In this document: positions 54,575-64,000 of the stretch, one piece after another
How positions within the stretch are numbered: position 1 is the stretch's first letter
Layout of the letters: every line of letters starts with the position of its first letter
From: Calditrichia bacterium
Lineage (GTDB): Bacteria > Calditrichota > Calditrichia > JAJRVZ01
DNA: 64,000 bases
Direction: 5' to 3'
Assembly (NCBI GenBank): GCA_963777955.1
Contig: CAVZSQ010000003.1
Location: 32,001 to 96,000 of the forward strand
Notes under the pieces: model-generated
What the model was told of the DNA's origin: nothing
Databases searched by the model: none
The model's input: the letters and a program-made list of their open reading frames with translations, nothing else
Translations under genes and position numbers: made by a program

Positions 54575-54773
54575 ACTTTAAGCAATGAGTCTTTTAAAGG
54601 GCCAAATTAGCTATATTAGTCGCGTTACCCCTCACCCCAACGGCTGTTATAAGATCAAGACTGAAGATTATGACTTTAGCCTCACTATCCTCATATTTAT
54701 TAAAACCTTGCCGATTATATAGAAAAACGATTTTCAGATGCAGAGGATCAATTCTATAGGAATACTTTCATCC

Positions 54774-57700
54774 ATGGGGGAAATAAAAATACAACTGCGG
54801 CTAAAACTGCCTCTGCTGCTGCTGATTACTTTTATTCCATTCTGTAGACCTATCCGCCCAGAATATTACTTTTGAACACATATCGGCCCAGGAGGGCTTA
54901 TCCCAGGTTTCAGTAACCTGTATAAGTCAGGATCATGTCGGATTTCTATGGTTGGGCACCTATGATGGTTTGAACCGTTACGACGGATACAATTTTAAAG
55001 TCTTCAAGAAAGAGCCAAAGAATCCCAACAGTTTGAGTCATAACTTTGTTAAAAGCCTTCTGGTGGACAGGGAGGGGACCTTGTGGGTAGGTACGACGGG
55101 AGGGGGTTTAAATCGTTATGATGCTCAAACCGAACAATTCATTCACTATGGGCATGATCCTGCGAACTCCACCAGTCTCAGTCATGATGATATTCAGATT
55201 ATCCATGAAGATGCTGCCGGTACGATGTGGATCGGAACCTGGGGAGGGGGCTTAAACAAAGTAGTTAAAAATCGGAATCAGGATGAAAATAACGGCGTCA
55301 GTGAAGGCGTGGTTTTTGTGCACTATCGTCATGATCCGCAAGATCCGCAAAGTCTGATCAGTGATAAAATCGCCGCCATTCAGGAAGATCAGGATGGAAT
55401 ATTGTGGATTGGTACACGTGTTGGTATCAGCCTGTTCGATCCCAGGACCGCTCAGGTTATCCGCAGTTACCAGCATGATCCCCGCAATCCGCATAGTCTG
55501 AGCAATGATAATGTTTCGGCATTAAGCAAGGACCGGGCTGGCAATATGTGGATCGGGACCTGGGGCGGGGGACTGAATAAATTTGATCCGCTGGATAAAC
55601 AGTTTTATCACTATAACCACGATCCGAAAGATCCTAAAAGCATCAATTACGATACGATCATGAAACTGCTTACCGACCGGGCGGGGAATCTATGGATCGG
55701 GACCTGGGGCGGGGGTGTAAATAAACTTGCCTGGAAAGATAGATCTGTTTCCGGTACTGCCGGACACGAAAAATTCATTCGCTATCAACTGCGGCCAGAT
55801 GATTCACAAAGCCTCAGCGGTAATTCCGTGTATGATATCTTCGAAGACGTTTCCGGTGTCTTCTGGATCGGTGTTGAATCTAAAGGATTAAATAAATACG
55901 ATCCGGAGCTTTTGAAATTTGCTCATTGTCTGTCTGATCCTGAAGTTTCAAACCGGTTGACCGACAAGATAGTATATGCGATATATAAAGATCAGCAGAA
56001 TGTGCTTTGGATCGGAACCAGGATCGGCGGATTAAATGTTTTTAATCTGAATAACAAGGAGTATCTGAATTTTGTATATGACCCCGCTGATCCCTGGAGC
56101 ATCAGCAATAATGCTGTTCGTACAGTTTTTGAAGACAGGGCAGGAAACCTGTGGCTTGGTACTGAAGCGGGATTGAATCAATATAACCGGACCACCAAAA
56201 AATTTCATCGTTATTATACTAATCCGGCGGATCCAAGTGCAACTAACGTTTATACGATTCATGAAGATCCCGAAGGGTATCTGTGGATAGGCACCTGGGG
56301 CGGTGGTCTTTCCAGATTTGATCCCCTTACTGAAACATTTACTACCTACCGGCACGATCCTGATGATCCCAGCAGTATAAGCGATAATATCATCTGGTGT
56401 ATTGTCCAGGACAGTTACGGGCGAATGTGGATAGGAACGGATAAAGGGGGATTAAACAGATACGATAAAAAGAATAATAAATTTTTTCATTACATTCATG
56501 ATCCGAATAATCCCAATAGTCTCAGTGATAATAAAATCCTGTCTATGTTATGTGCAGCGGACGGTGATCTCTGGCTGGGTACCACCACTGGTCTGAATCA
56601 ATTAATGTTCGGTGATGATCCTGAAGCCCCGCCTAATTTTAAAATTTATTTAGATTCGGACGGGCTGTTCAGTAATACAATTCAATCTATAGTCCAGGAT
56701 GAAAAAGGGGATCTATGGATAAGCAACGGAGATTATCTCAGCGTCTTGAATTTGAAGACTCATGAAATTAAAGGTTTTAATTCATATGATAAACTGAAGG
56801 TGGGCGAACTTTGCGTTAATGCTGCTTATAAAGACAGAAAAAACGGAAAAATTTACCTTGGGGGTGTTAACGGTTTTACGGTTTTTCATCCGGACAGTAT
56901 TCTGAGTAACTTGATCATACCGTCGGTTGTCATTACCGATTTTAGAATCTTCAATAAATCGGTACCGATTGCCAGAAAGACCAATGGTCATCTGGTTTTG
57001 CAAAAATCTATAACCGAATCAAAGAGCATTGAGCTGCCATATGATTTTAATGTGTTTTCGATCGAATTTTCGGCCTTGCATTTTAATTCACCTAAAAATA
57101 ATAAATATGCCTATAAATTGGAAAAGTTTGAAAAAGACTGGAATTATGTCAGTTCCCGTCAAAGAACAGACTACCTATACAAATCTGGATCCCGGTCAAT
57201 ACACTTTTCGGGTCAAGGCCTCGAATAACGATGGATTATGGAATAATGAAGGGCGTTCATTGGAAATTATTATCAGGTCCCCTTACTGGCAGACCTGGTG
57301 GTTCAGGGTAATAGTCCTGCTGGCATTATTTTCATTCATATACCTGGCTTACCAGTTCAGAACCCGGCAGATGCGCAAGCGGAACAGGGAATTAGCCGGT
57401 ATCAACATCAGATTAAGTCAGGAAATTGAGGATCGGCAAAGGGCCGAGAAGAAAATACAGAGAATGAATATGGAGTTGGAACAGCGCGTGCGGGAACGCA
57501 CCACCGAACTGGAGGTATCTAACCGTGAACTGGAATCGTTTGCCTATTCGGTTTCACACGATTTACGTGCACCGCTGAGGGGTATACAAGGTTTCAGTCA
57601 TGCCATTCTGGAAGACTATAAAGAGAAATTGGGTCCGCAGGGCAAGGATTATCTGCGACGTATCAACGAAGCGACCGGTAACATGTCTCAACTTATCGAT

Positions 57701-58177
57701 GATCTGCTGAAACTATCGCGGATAACCCGGGGCAGCATAACCAAAGAGCGGATTGATCTGAGCAGGATTGCGGAAAATATAATTAACCGGTATAAACAGG
57801 AGGAACCGCAGCGGAAAGTCAAATTTGTCATAGCGGAAGGATTAAGTGCCGACGGCGATGCGAATTTGCTGAGGGTGGCGCTGGAGAATCTGTTGCACAA
57901 TGCCTGGAAGTTTACTTCAAAAAAAGAAAATACAAAGATCGAGTTTGGTCAGGAACAAGGCCAGGACGGGGTTATCTTTTTTATCAGAGATAATGGTATT
58001 GGTTTTGATATGAAATACAGGTCAAAACTTTTTGAGCCCTTTCAGCGGTTGCAGACGGAATATCTGGGTATGGGTATCGGCTTAGCCACGGTTGAACGGA
58101 TCATTAACCGTCACGGCGGACGCATCTGGGCTGAGGGCAAGGTAGATGAAGGTGCGGTTTTTTATTTTAGTTTATAA
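54774..58177 (+). CDS. Beta-propeller/Y_Y_Y sensor histidine kinase, class I HisKA + HATPase (frameshifts near 54835 and 57168)
   Basis: FEHISAQEGLSQ; WIGTWGGG repeats; YTNLDPGQYTFRVKASNND; SVSHDLRAP; NAWKF; DNGIGF; GIGLA. Confidence 0.87.
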
Positions 58178-58185
58178 GGTCTAGA

Positions 58186-61100
58186 GTGGGTATTGGTATA
58201 ATGAAGGTCGGAGTTAACCAGCGGATAGTTTACAGGATAAACGGGCCGATTATGCTCAGCCTGATGTTTCTGTTAATATTTTCAGGTATTTCAGCAGGCC
58301 TTACCGCGGGTGAAGAAAATAAGTCATCTGATTCAAGAATCTCGGCCCTGTTTTATAAGCAATTGCATCAATATGAATTTGAACATATAACTGCCGAGGA
58401 TGGACTTTCGCACAACAGCGTCAATACGATTCTGCAGGACCGGGAAGGGTACATGTGGTTTGGTACCTATGGCGGTTTGAACCGCTATGACGGATATAAC
58501 TTTGCCATTTATCAACAGGATCCAACAGATTCGTTGAGCATCAGCAACAGGGCTGTATCAGTAATTCTTGAAGACAGCCGGGGTGATCTCTGGGTCGGTA
58601 CGGTAGGGGGTGGATTGAATAAATTCAACCGTAAATACGAAAATTTCACCCGCTATAAAGATGAGCTGGATCTAACCGGTTCTAATTTAAACCTGCTGGT
58701 CAGCAGTATTTGTGAAGATGATTCGGGGATGCTCTGGGTCTCGACTTATGACGGGCTTAATGTTTTTGATTCCAGAAAGGATAAATATGTACGGCTTTAT
58801 CGCCGGGATTCTCAGGATAGTCTCAGCATAGGTAACAGTTATGTCGGCAATGTTTTTAAAGACAGGTTTGGATCTATCTATATCGGTACCAATAACGATC
58901 AGGGGAATTCAGGTTTGTCACGGTATAACCGGCTGCAGGATAATTTTATTCAATATGCCAATGTAGCTAAGGCCGGATATATTATAACCATTTTCGAAGA
59001 CAGCGAGGGTAATTTCTGGCTGGGCAGTCAAAATGATGGATTAACCAAAGTAAATTTCAATACTAATGAAATGGTCAATTATCGTCATCGTTCAGGTGAT
59101 CCGACAAGTCTGAGCCATAATTATGTCAGGTGTTTGTATGAAGACGATTATGGAAATCTATGGATAGGTACTTACGGAGGGGGGATCAATATTTTAAACA
59201 GGAAAGATGGAAGTATTGTACACCTGCTTCATGAAGATGATAATCCCAAGAGTCTGAGTAACAATTTTGTACAATGTATCTATGAGGATAAATCGGGCAT
59301 ATTGTGGATCGGTACGGATGGTGGAGGAATAAATAAAATCGATTTGCAGAGAAAGAAATTTGTGATGTTTCAAAATATGCCCGGTAAACCACAGCAAAAA
59401 CTTAATCAGATCCGATCGCTGAAAGTGGATGGTCGGGGGATTTGGTGGATTAGTTCCTATGGCTCAGGTTTGATTCGTTATGATCCTCGCAGCGGGGATT
59501 ACAAACTGTTCAGCCATGATCCTGCCGATCCGGGCAGCATCTCCTCCAATTTAATCAGCTGTTTATACATCGATAAGAAAAACGAAATATGGATCGGTAC
59601 CAACGGTGACGGTCTGATACAGTTTAGTCCGCTAAATGATAAATTTGTCGTTTATAAAAATTATAATAACGATCCGGCCGGAATTATCAGGAATAATTAT
59701 GTGAATTGCATTTATGAGGACCGGCAGGGGAATTTATGGATCGGCTCCTGGAATGGTTTAACCAAATGGAGGGCGGAGGCGAGACAAAATACGGCGGTTA
59801 AACCGATTCACTATTTACCAAGTTTATCCGATTCAGCCAGCATAAGTTCTGAAATTGTTATAGCTATTTTCGAAGACAGGGCCGGTACTATGTGGATTGG
59901 CACAAAAGGGGGTGGTTTAAATCAAATCATTCCGGGGGATACACTTGATCGATTTATTCATTATAAGAATGATCCGTCAAATCCAAATAGTATAAGCCAT
60001 GATGAGGTCTTTTTTATCTATGAGGATAAGGAAGCCAATATATGGATCGGTACTAATGGCGGCGGATTGAATAAATTTGACCGTGAAAGCAAAATTTTTA
60101 CTTCTTACAAATTCAAAGAACGGATAGAATTAAATGTACATTTGAGTATTCTGGAGGATAATCAGGGTAATTTATGGATTGGTACCGAAGGATTATTAAA
60201 ATTTTCTCCGTTGACGGAAAAATTCTGGCATTTTGATTACCGTGATGGTCTGATAAAAAACTTATACTCGCAGGATGCCTGTTGCAAGGTAGCAGATGGT
60301 GATTTGATTTTTTGCGGATTAGACGGAATTACCGTTTTTAATCCGGAGGAAATCAGCAATAATACCTACCGTCCTAAAAAAACCGTAATAACAGATTTCC
60401 GGTTATATAATAAATCCATAGCCATAGGGCAACAGCTGGCTGGTGCTGTAATTTTAAAAAATAGTATTTCGGAAACAGCAGAAATTGAACTTTCTTACCG
60501 GGATGAAGTATTTACCCTGGAATTTTCCGCGCTTCATTTCGCTGATCCCAGGAAAAATTTATATGCCTATAAAATGGACGGTTTTGATAAAGACTGGGTC
60601 TATACCGATGCCCAACGACGATATGCCACTTACACCAGTTTGAGTCCGGCCACATATTTTTTCCAGGTGAAAGGTTCGAATAATGACGGCTTATGGGATG
60701 AAGAGGGTACTACGCTGAAAATTATCATCCGGCCGCCCTTCTGGCAGGCCTGGTGGTTTAGATTTTTACTGTTCATATTCGTTTCGTCCCTGATTCTTTT
60801 AATTTACAGGATCAGAACCTATCAGATCATGAAACGAAACCGTGAACTGGCAGAGATTAATATTAAGTTGAATAAGGAAATCGCGGAAAAGCATCGCGCC
60901 GAGAAAAAGATTCAGAAAATGAATGAAGAACTGGAACAACGAGTCAAAGACCGCACCGCTGAACTGCAGATTTCCAATCAGGAATTGGAAGCCTTTGCCT
61001 ATTCAGTTTCGCACGACCTGCGTGCACCAATCCGCGCTATCGATGGTTTTACCCGCCTGCTGGAAGATGATTATAAAAACCGCTTTAATGATGACGGGAT

Positions 61101-61662
61101 TCGGTTGTTAGGCATAGTGCGCAGTGAAGCCGGACGGATGGGGCAATTGATCGATGCCCTATTAAGGTTTTCGCGAATGAGCCGGCAACCCCTGAAAAAG
61201 TTCAGGATCGATATGACCAATCTGGCCCGCGAGGTATTCAGTCAGGTTAGTCTGGAAACACAGAATCACAAGATTAAATTTGATTTGTCTCCCTTACCTG
61301 ATGTTGAAGCCGATGGAGTTTTGATGCGCCAGTTGTGGATCAATCTTTTTGATAATGCTTTCAAGTTTACCAGGTTGCGTAAACAGGCCAAACTGGAGGT
61401 AAGCGGTTCAATACAGGGTGGAGAAGTATTGTATGTTGTTGCCGATAATGGCATTGGTTTTGATATGAAATACATCAATAAATTATTTGGTGTCTTTCAG
61501 CGTTTGCATACACAGGAACAATTTGAAGGGACAGGGGTGGGATTAGCGCTGGTACAGCGTATTATACACCGGCATGGCGGACGTATCTGGGCAGAAAGCG
61601 CAGTGGACCAGGGAGCCAAATTTTTCTTTACTCTGCCTTATCGGAAGGAGACATTTGAATGA
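58186..61662 (+). CDS. Beta-propeller/Y_Y_Y sensor histidine kinase, class I
   Basis: Intact 1158-aa ORF; propeller repeats; PPFWQAWWF; SVSHDLRAP; NAFKF; FEGTGVGLA; exact start uncertain. Confidence 0.92.
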   Translation: MGIGIMKVGVNQRIVYRINGPIMLSLMFLLIFSGISAGLTAGEENKSSDSRISALFYKQLHQYEFEHITAEDGLSHNSVNTILQDREGYMWFGTYGGLNRYDGYNFAIYQQDPTDSLSISNRAVSVILEDSRGDLWVGTVGGGLNKFNRKYENFTRYKDELDLTGSNLNLLVSSICEDDSGMLWVSTYDGLNVFDSRKDKYVRLYRRDSQDSLSIGNSYVGNVFKDRFGSIYIGTNNDQGNSGLSRYNRLQDNFIQYANVAKAGYIITIFEDSEGNFWLGSQNDGLTKVNFNTNEMVNYRHRSGDPTSLSHNYVRCLYEDDYGNLWIGTYGGGINILNRKDGSIVHLLHEDDNPKSLSNNFVQCIYEDKSGILWIGTDGGGINKIDLQRKKFVMFQNMPGKPQQKLNQIRSLKVDGRGIWWISSYGSGLIRYDPRSGDYKLFSHDPADPGSISSNLISCLYIDKKNEIWIGTNGDGLIQFSPLNDKFVVYKNYNNDPAGIIRNNYVNCIYEDRQGNLWIGSWNGLTKWRAEARQNTAVKPIHYLPSLSDSASISSEIVIAIFEDRAGTMWIGTKGGGLNQIIPGDTLDRFIHYKNDPSNPNSISHDEVFFIYEDKEANIWIGTNGGGLNKFDRESKIFTSYKFKERIELNVHLSILEDNQGNLWIGTEGLLKFSPLTEKFWHFDYRDGLIKNLYSQDACCKVADGDLIFCGLDGITVFNPEEISNNTYRPKKTVITDFRLYNKSIAIGQQLAGAVILKNSISETAEIELSYRDEVFTLEFSALHFADPRKNLYAYKMDGFDKDWVYTDAQRRYATYTSLSPATYFFQVKGSNNDGLWDEEGTTLKIIIRPPFWQAWWFRFLLFIFVSSLILLIYRIRTYQIMKRNRELAEINIKLNKEIAEKHRAEKKIQKMNEELEQRVKDRTAELQISNQELEAFAYSVSHDLRAPIRAIDGFTRLLEDDYKNRFNDDGIRLLGIVRSEAGRMGQLIDALLRFSRMSRQPLKKFRIDMTNLAREVFSQVSLETQNHKIKFDLSPLPDVEADGVLMRQLWINLFDNAFKFTRLRKQAKLEVSGSIQGGEVLYVVADNGIGFDMKYINKLFGVFQRLHTQEQFEGTGVGLALVQRIIHRHGGRIWAESAVDQGAKFFFTLPYRKETFE

Positions 61663-62147
61663 GAAAGATTATACGGAAGCAGAAAGAAATCCGGATAATC
61701 GATATTTTAATGATTGAAGATAATCCCTATGATGCTGAATTAACCCAGCTGGCCTTTAAAAAATATCATCTGGCTGATCGGATGGCCTGGGTGAAAGATG
61801 GTGCGGCGGCATTGGAGTTCATTTTTGGATCGGCCACAGACAATGCGGAGCCTGTCGGCTTAATGCCGTCGCTGATCCTGCTTGATTTAAAATTACCCAA
61901 GGTAGACGGACATGAGGTCTTATGCCGGTTAAAAGAGGATCCCCGTACACGCGCTATACCGATTGTGATATTGACTTCTTCACGGGAGGAATCTGATATT
62001 ATCGATGCCTATAAGTCAGGTGTAAACAGTTATATTGTCAAACCGGTGGACTTTGAGAAATTTAATATGGCAGTACAACAGGTAGGCCTGTATTGGTTAT
62101 TACTCAATCAGCTGCCTGAAAAAACTTCCCGCCTGAATGAGGTATAA
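61659..62147 (+). CDS. Single-domain response regulator (Rcp1-like)
   Basis: IEDNPYD; ILLDLKLPKVDG; LTSS; NSYIVKPVDF. Confidence 0.92.
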   Translation: MRKIIRKQKEIRIIDILMIEDNPYDAELTQLAFKKYHLADRMAWVKDGAAALEFIFGSATDNAEPVGLMPSLILLDLKLPKVDGHEVLCRLKEDPRTRAIPIVILTSSREESDIIDAYKSGVNSYIVKPVDFEKFNMAVQQVGLYWLLLNQLPEKTSRLNEV

Positions 62148-62150
62148 ACA

Positions 62151-63746
62151 ATGACCACGCTGAACACAGCACAGTCCGGAGCTTCAGGGAAAAAGCTGGA
62201 GGTTTTGATCATCGAAGATTCGGTAATCGATGCAGAGTTAATGGTTCATGAATTAACCCGTTGCGGTTATGATGTTTCATGGTGTCGTGTGGATTCGGCA
62301 GCCGCGCTGCAATCTGTTTTAATGAACCGCACCTGGGATGTCGTGCTGTCGGATTATGTCTTACCCTCTTTCAGTGGCCTGGAGGCCTTGAATATTATCA
62401 AAACCAGCGGTCTTGATCTGCCTTTTATCCTGATTTCCGGCACTATCGGTGAAGAAATTGCGGTTGAAGCCATGCATAGTGGCGCCGATGATTATCTGCT
62501 TAAAGATCGTCTGGCCCGGTTGGGTCCCGCAGTTGAACGGCAATTACGCGAGGTGGAATCCAGGCAGGCCCGCAGACGTGCAGAAGAGGAAAATGAAAAT
62601 TTATTGGCTCAACTTTTACAGGCACAAAAGATGGAAGCCGTAGGACGTCTGGCCGGTGGAGTCGCACACGATTTTAACAACAATCTGAGTATTATCATCG
62701 GTTATGTTGAATTAGCCCGGAATAAACTGAGCCGTAACGATCCTCTCCTGTTTGATCTTGAAGAAATACTCAAAGCGGCCCGGCGCTCGGCAGAGCTTAC
62801 ACGGCATTTGCTGGCATTTTCCCGGCGGCAAATTATAGAACCAAAAGTTATCGACCTTAATAAAATTATCGGTGATAGTAAAAAGATGATTAGTCGCCTG
62901 TTAGGCGAGGACATCGAATGTAACTTTATTCCGCAAGAGGATCTCTGGCTGGTCAGGATAGATCCGGCTCAGGTTGATCAAATCATGACTAACCTGGCGA
63001 TCAATGCCCGTGATGCCATGCCCGCTGGTGGTAAACTCACCATCAGGACGGATAATTTAACTTACGCTGAAAGTATCTACCGGAAGCAAAAAGGATTTAC
63101 GCCGGGTGACTATGTACGATTGACTATCAGTGATACCGGTTGTGGTATGGAGAAAGATGTGCTGGAGCATATCTTTGAACCGTTTTTTACAACCAAAGAT
63201 CCCGGCAAAGGTACCGGTCTTGGACTTTCCACGGTTTATGGTATTGTCAAACAGAACAACGGATTTATTGATGTCCATAGCGAATCAGATGCCGGCACTA
63301 CGTTCAACATCTATCTGTCGCGAAATCAGGGCCCGCTTGAAAAAGCAGAGGAAAAAGAAATCAGTATGCCGGTCAGTGGCAGCGAAACGGTTTTGCTGGT
63401 AGAAGACGAAGAACAAATACTGGCCATCGGAGAAATTTTTCTAAAAAGGCATGGTTATAAGGTTCTGACGGCCAATCATCCTGACCAAGCGCTTAAAGTC
63501 TGTGAAAAATACCCGGAGCAGATTCACCTGCTGATTACCGACGTGGTCATGCCGGCCATGAACGGCCAGGAATTGAAGGACAGGATTGAAAAAATGAGAC
63601 CAGGAATTAAAGTGCTTTTTATGTCCGGATATATGGCGGATACCATGATGTATCGGCACCTGCATGACCACGGCGAAGCCTTCATTCAAAAACCTTTTAT
63701 GATGAATGATTTTATCAAAAAAGTAAAAGATGTTCTTGAACAATAA
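62151..63746 (+). CDS. Cytoplasmic hybrid kinase REC-HisKA-HATPase-REC
   Basis: IEDS...[25 protein letters not shown]...[15 protein letters not shown]...KPF. Confidence 0.92.
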   Translation: MTTLNTAQSGASGKKLEVLIIEDSVIDAELMVHELTRCGYDVSWCRVDSAAALQSVLMNRTWDVVLSDYVLPSFSGLEALNIIKTSGLDLPFILISGTIGEEIAVEAMHSGADDYLLKDRLARLGPAVERQLREVESRQARRRAEEENENLLAQLLQAQKMEAVGRLAGGVAHDFNNNLSIIIGYVELARNKLSRNDPLLFDLEEILKAARRSAELTRHLLAFSRRQIIEPKVIDLNKIIGDSKKMISRLLGEDIECNFIPQEDLWLVRIDPAQVDQIMTNLAINARDAMPAGGKLTIRTDNLTYAESIYRKQKGFTPGDYVRLTISDTGCGMEKDVLEHIFEPFFTTKDPGKGTGLGLSTVYGIVKQNNGFIDVHSESDAGTTFNIYLSRNQGPLEKAEEKEISMPVSGSETVLLVEDEEQILAIGEIFLKRHGYKVLTANHPDQALKVCEKYPEQIHLLITDVVMPAMNGQELKDRIEKMRPGIKVLFMSGYMADTMMYRHLHDHGEAFIQKPFMMNDFIKKVKDVLEQ

Positions 63747-63756
63747 ATGACTTTAA

Positions 63757-63999
63757 TCAGACCGCCGGCAGGATTATCTCGAACTCACAAAATTTATCCT
63801 TGTTAAACGAAACACGGATTTCACCCTGATGTTCCTGAATGCGGTGTCTGACCCCATCCATACCTACACCCCGGCCGGCGACCATATCGACTTTGTCGGA
63901 AGTAGTGATGCCTGAGGCGAAGATCAATTCAGCTATTTGCTGATCATTCCAGTTATTAATTTCTTCGTCCTGCCATTTTCCGCTTTGAATGGCTTTTTG
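63757..63999 (-). CDS. C-terminus of a third CheA-like kinase paralogue (partial; not in the ORF track)
   Basis: QKAIQSGKWQDEEINNWNDQQIAELIFASGITTSDKVDMVAGRGVGMDGVRHRIQEHQGEIRVSFNKDKFCEFEIILPAV*. Confidence 0.88.
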   Translation of the reverse strand, partial: QKAIQSGKWQDEEINNWNDQQIAELIFASGITTSDKVDMVAGRGVGMDGVRHRIQEHQGEIRVSFNKDKFCEFEIILPAV

Positions 64000-64000
64000 T

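Noticed and set aside
1..64000. rRNA, tRNA, transposase, integrase or prophage genes
   Set aside because: None recognised by eye; intergenic gaps are short or explained, but no covariance-model search could be run

Overview
Bacterial chromosomal window, probably from a non-Bacteroidota FCB-type lineage such as KSB1, Calditrichota or an Ignavibacteria-like group. This is inferred from T9SS-type C-terminal domains and a PorV-family gene occurring alongside canonical TTGACA-17-TATAAT-like promoters and AGGAG ribosome-binding sites. Many genes are split by single-base frameshifts that look like assembly errors. The left arm (1-17.3 kb) holds envelope and lipoprotein genes, a CsgG/DUF4810/DUF799 cluster and a BON protein. 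The middle holds a complete trpEGDCFBA operon with an unannotated Trp-rich leader peptide and attenuator, a GH3 gene, an SDR gene and gdhA. From 33 to 54.5 kb lies a cellulose/beta-glucan utilisation locus: Na+:solute symporter, GH5, GH94 cellobiose phosphorylase and an SGNH-TPR protein, followed by a SusD-less TonB receptor / CTD-bearing partner / lipoprotein / PorV-like barrel / IPT lipoprotein / tandem CBM9-like module. The locus is bracketed by beta-propeller/Y_Y_Y sensor kinases. The most unusual element is a paralogous family of membrane sensors in which the HTCS-type propeller is fused to PAS-Hpt-CheA-like kinase domains with no CheW or receiver domain: two full-length copies plus a third C-terminus at the window edge. 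A trpF relic, a duplicated gene-end/terminator, short tandem repeats and REP-like elements are also present. No rRNA, tRNA, CRISPR array or transposase was recognised.
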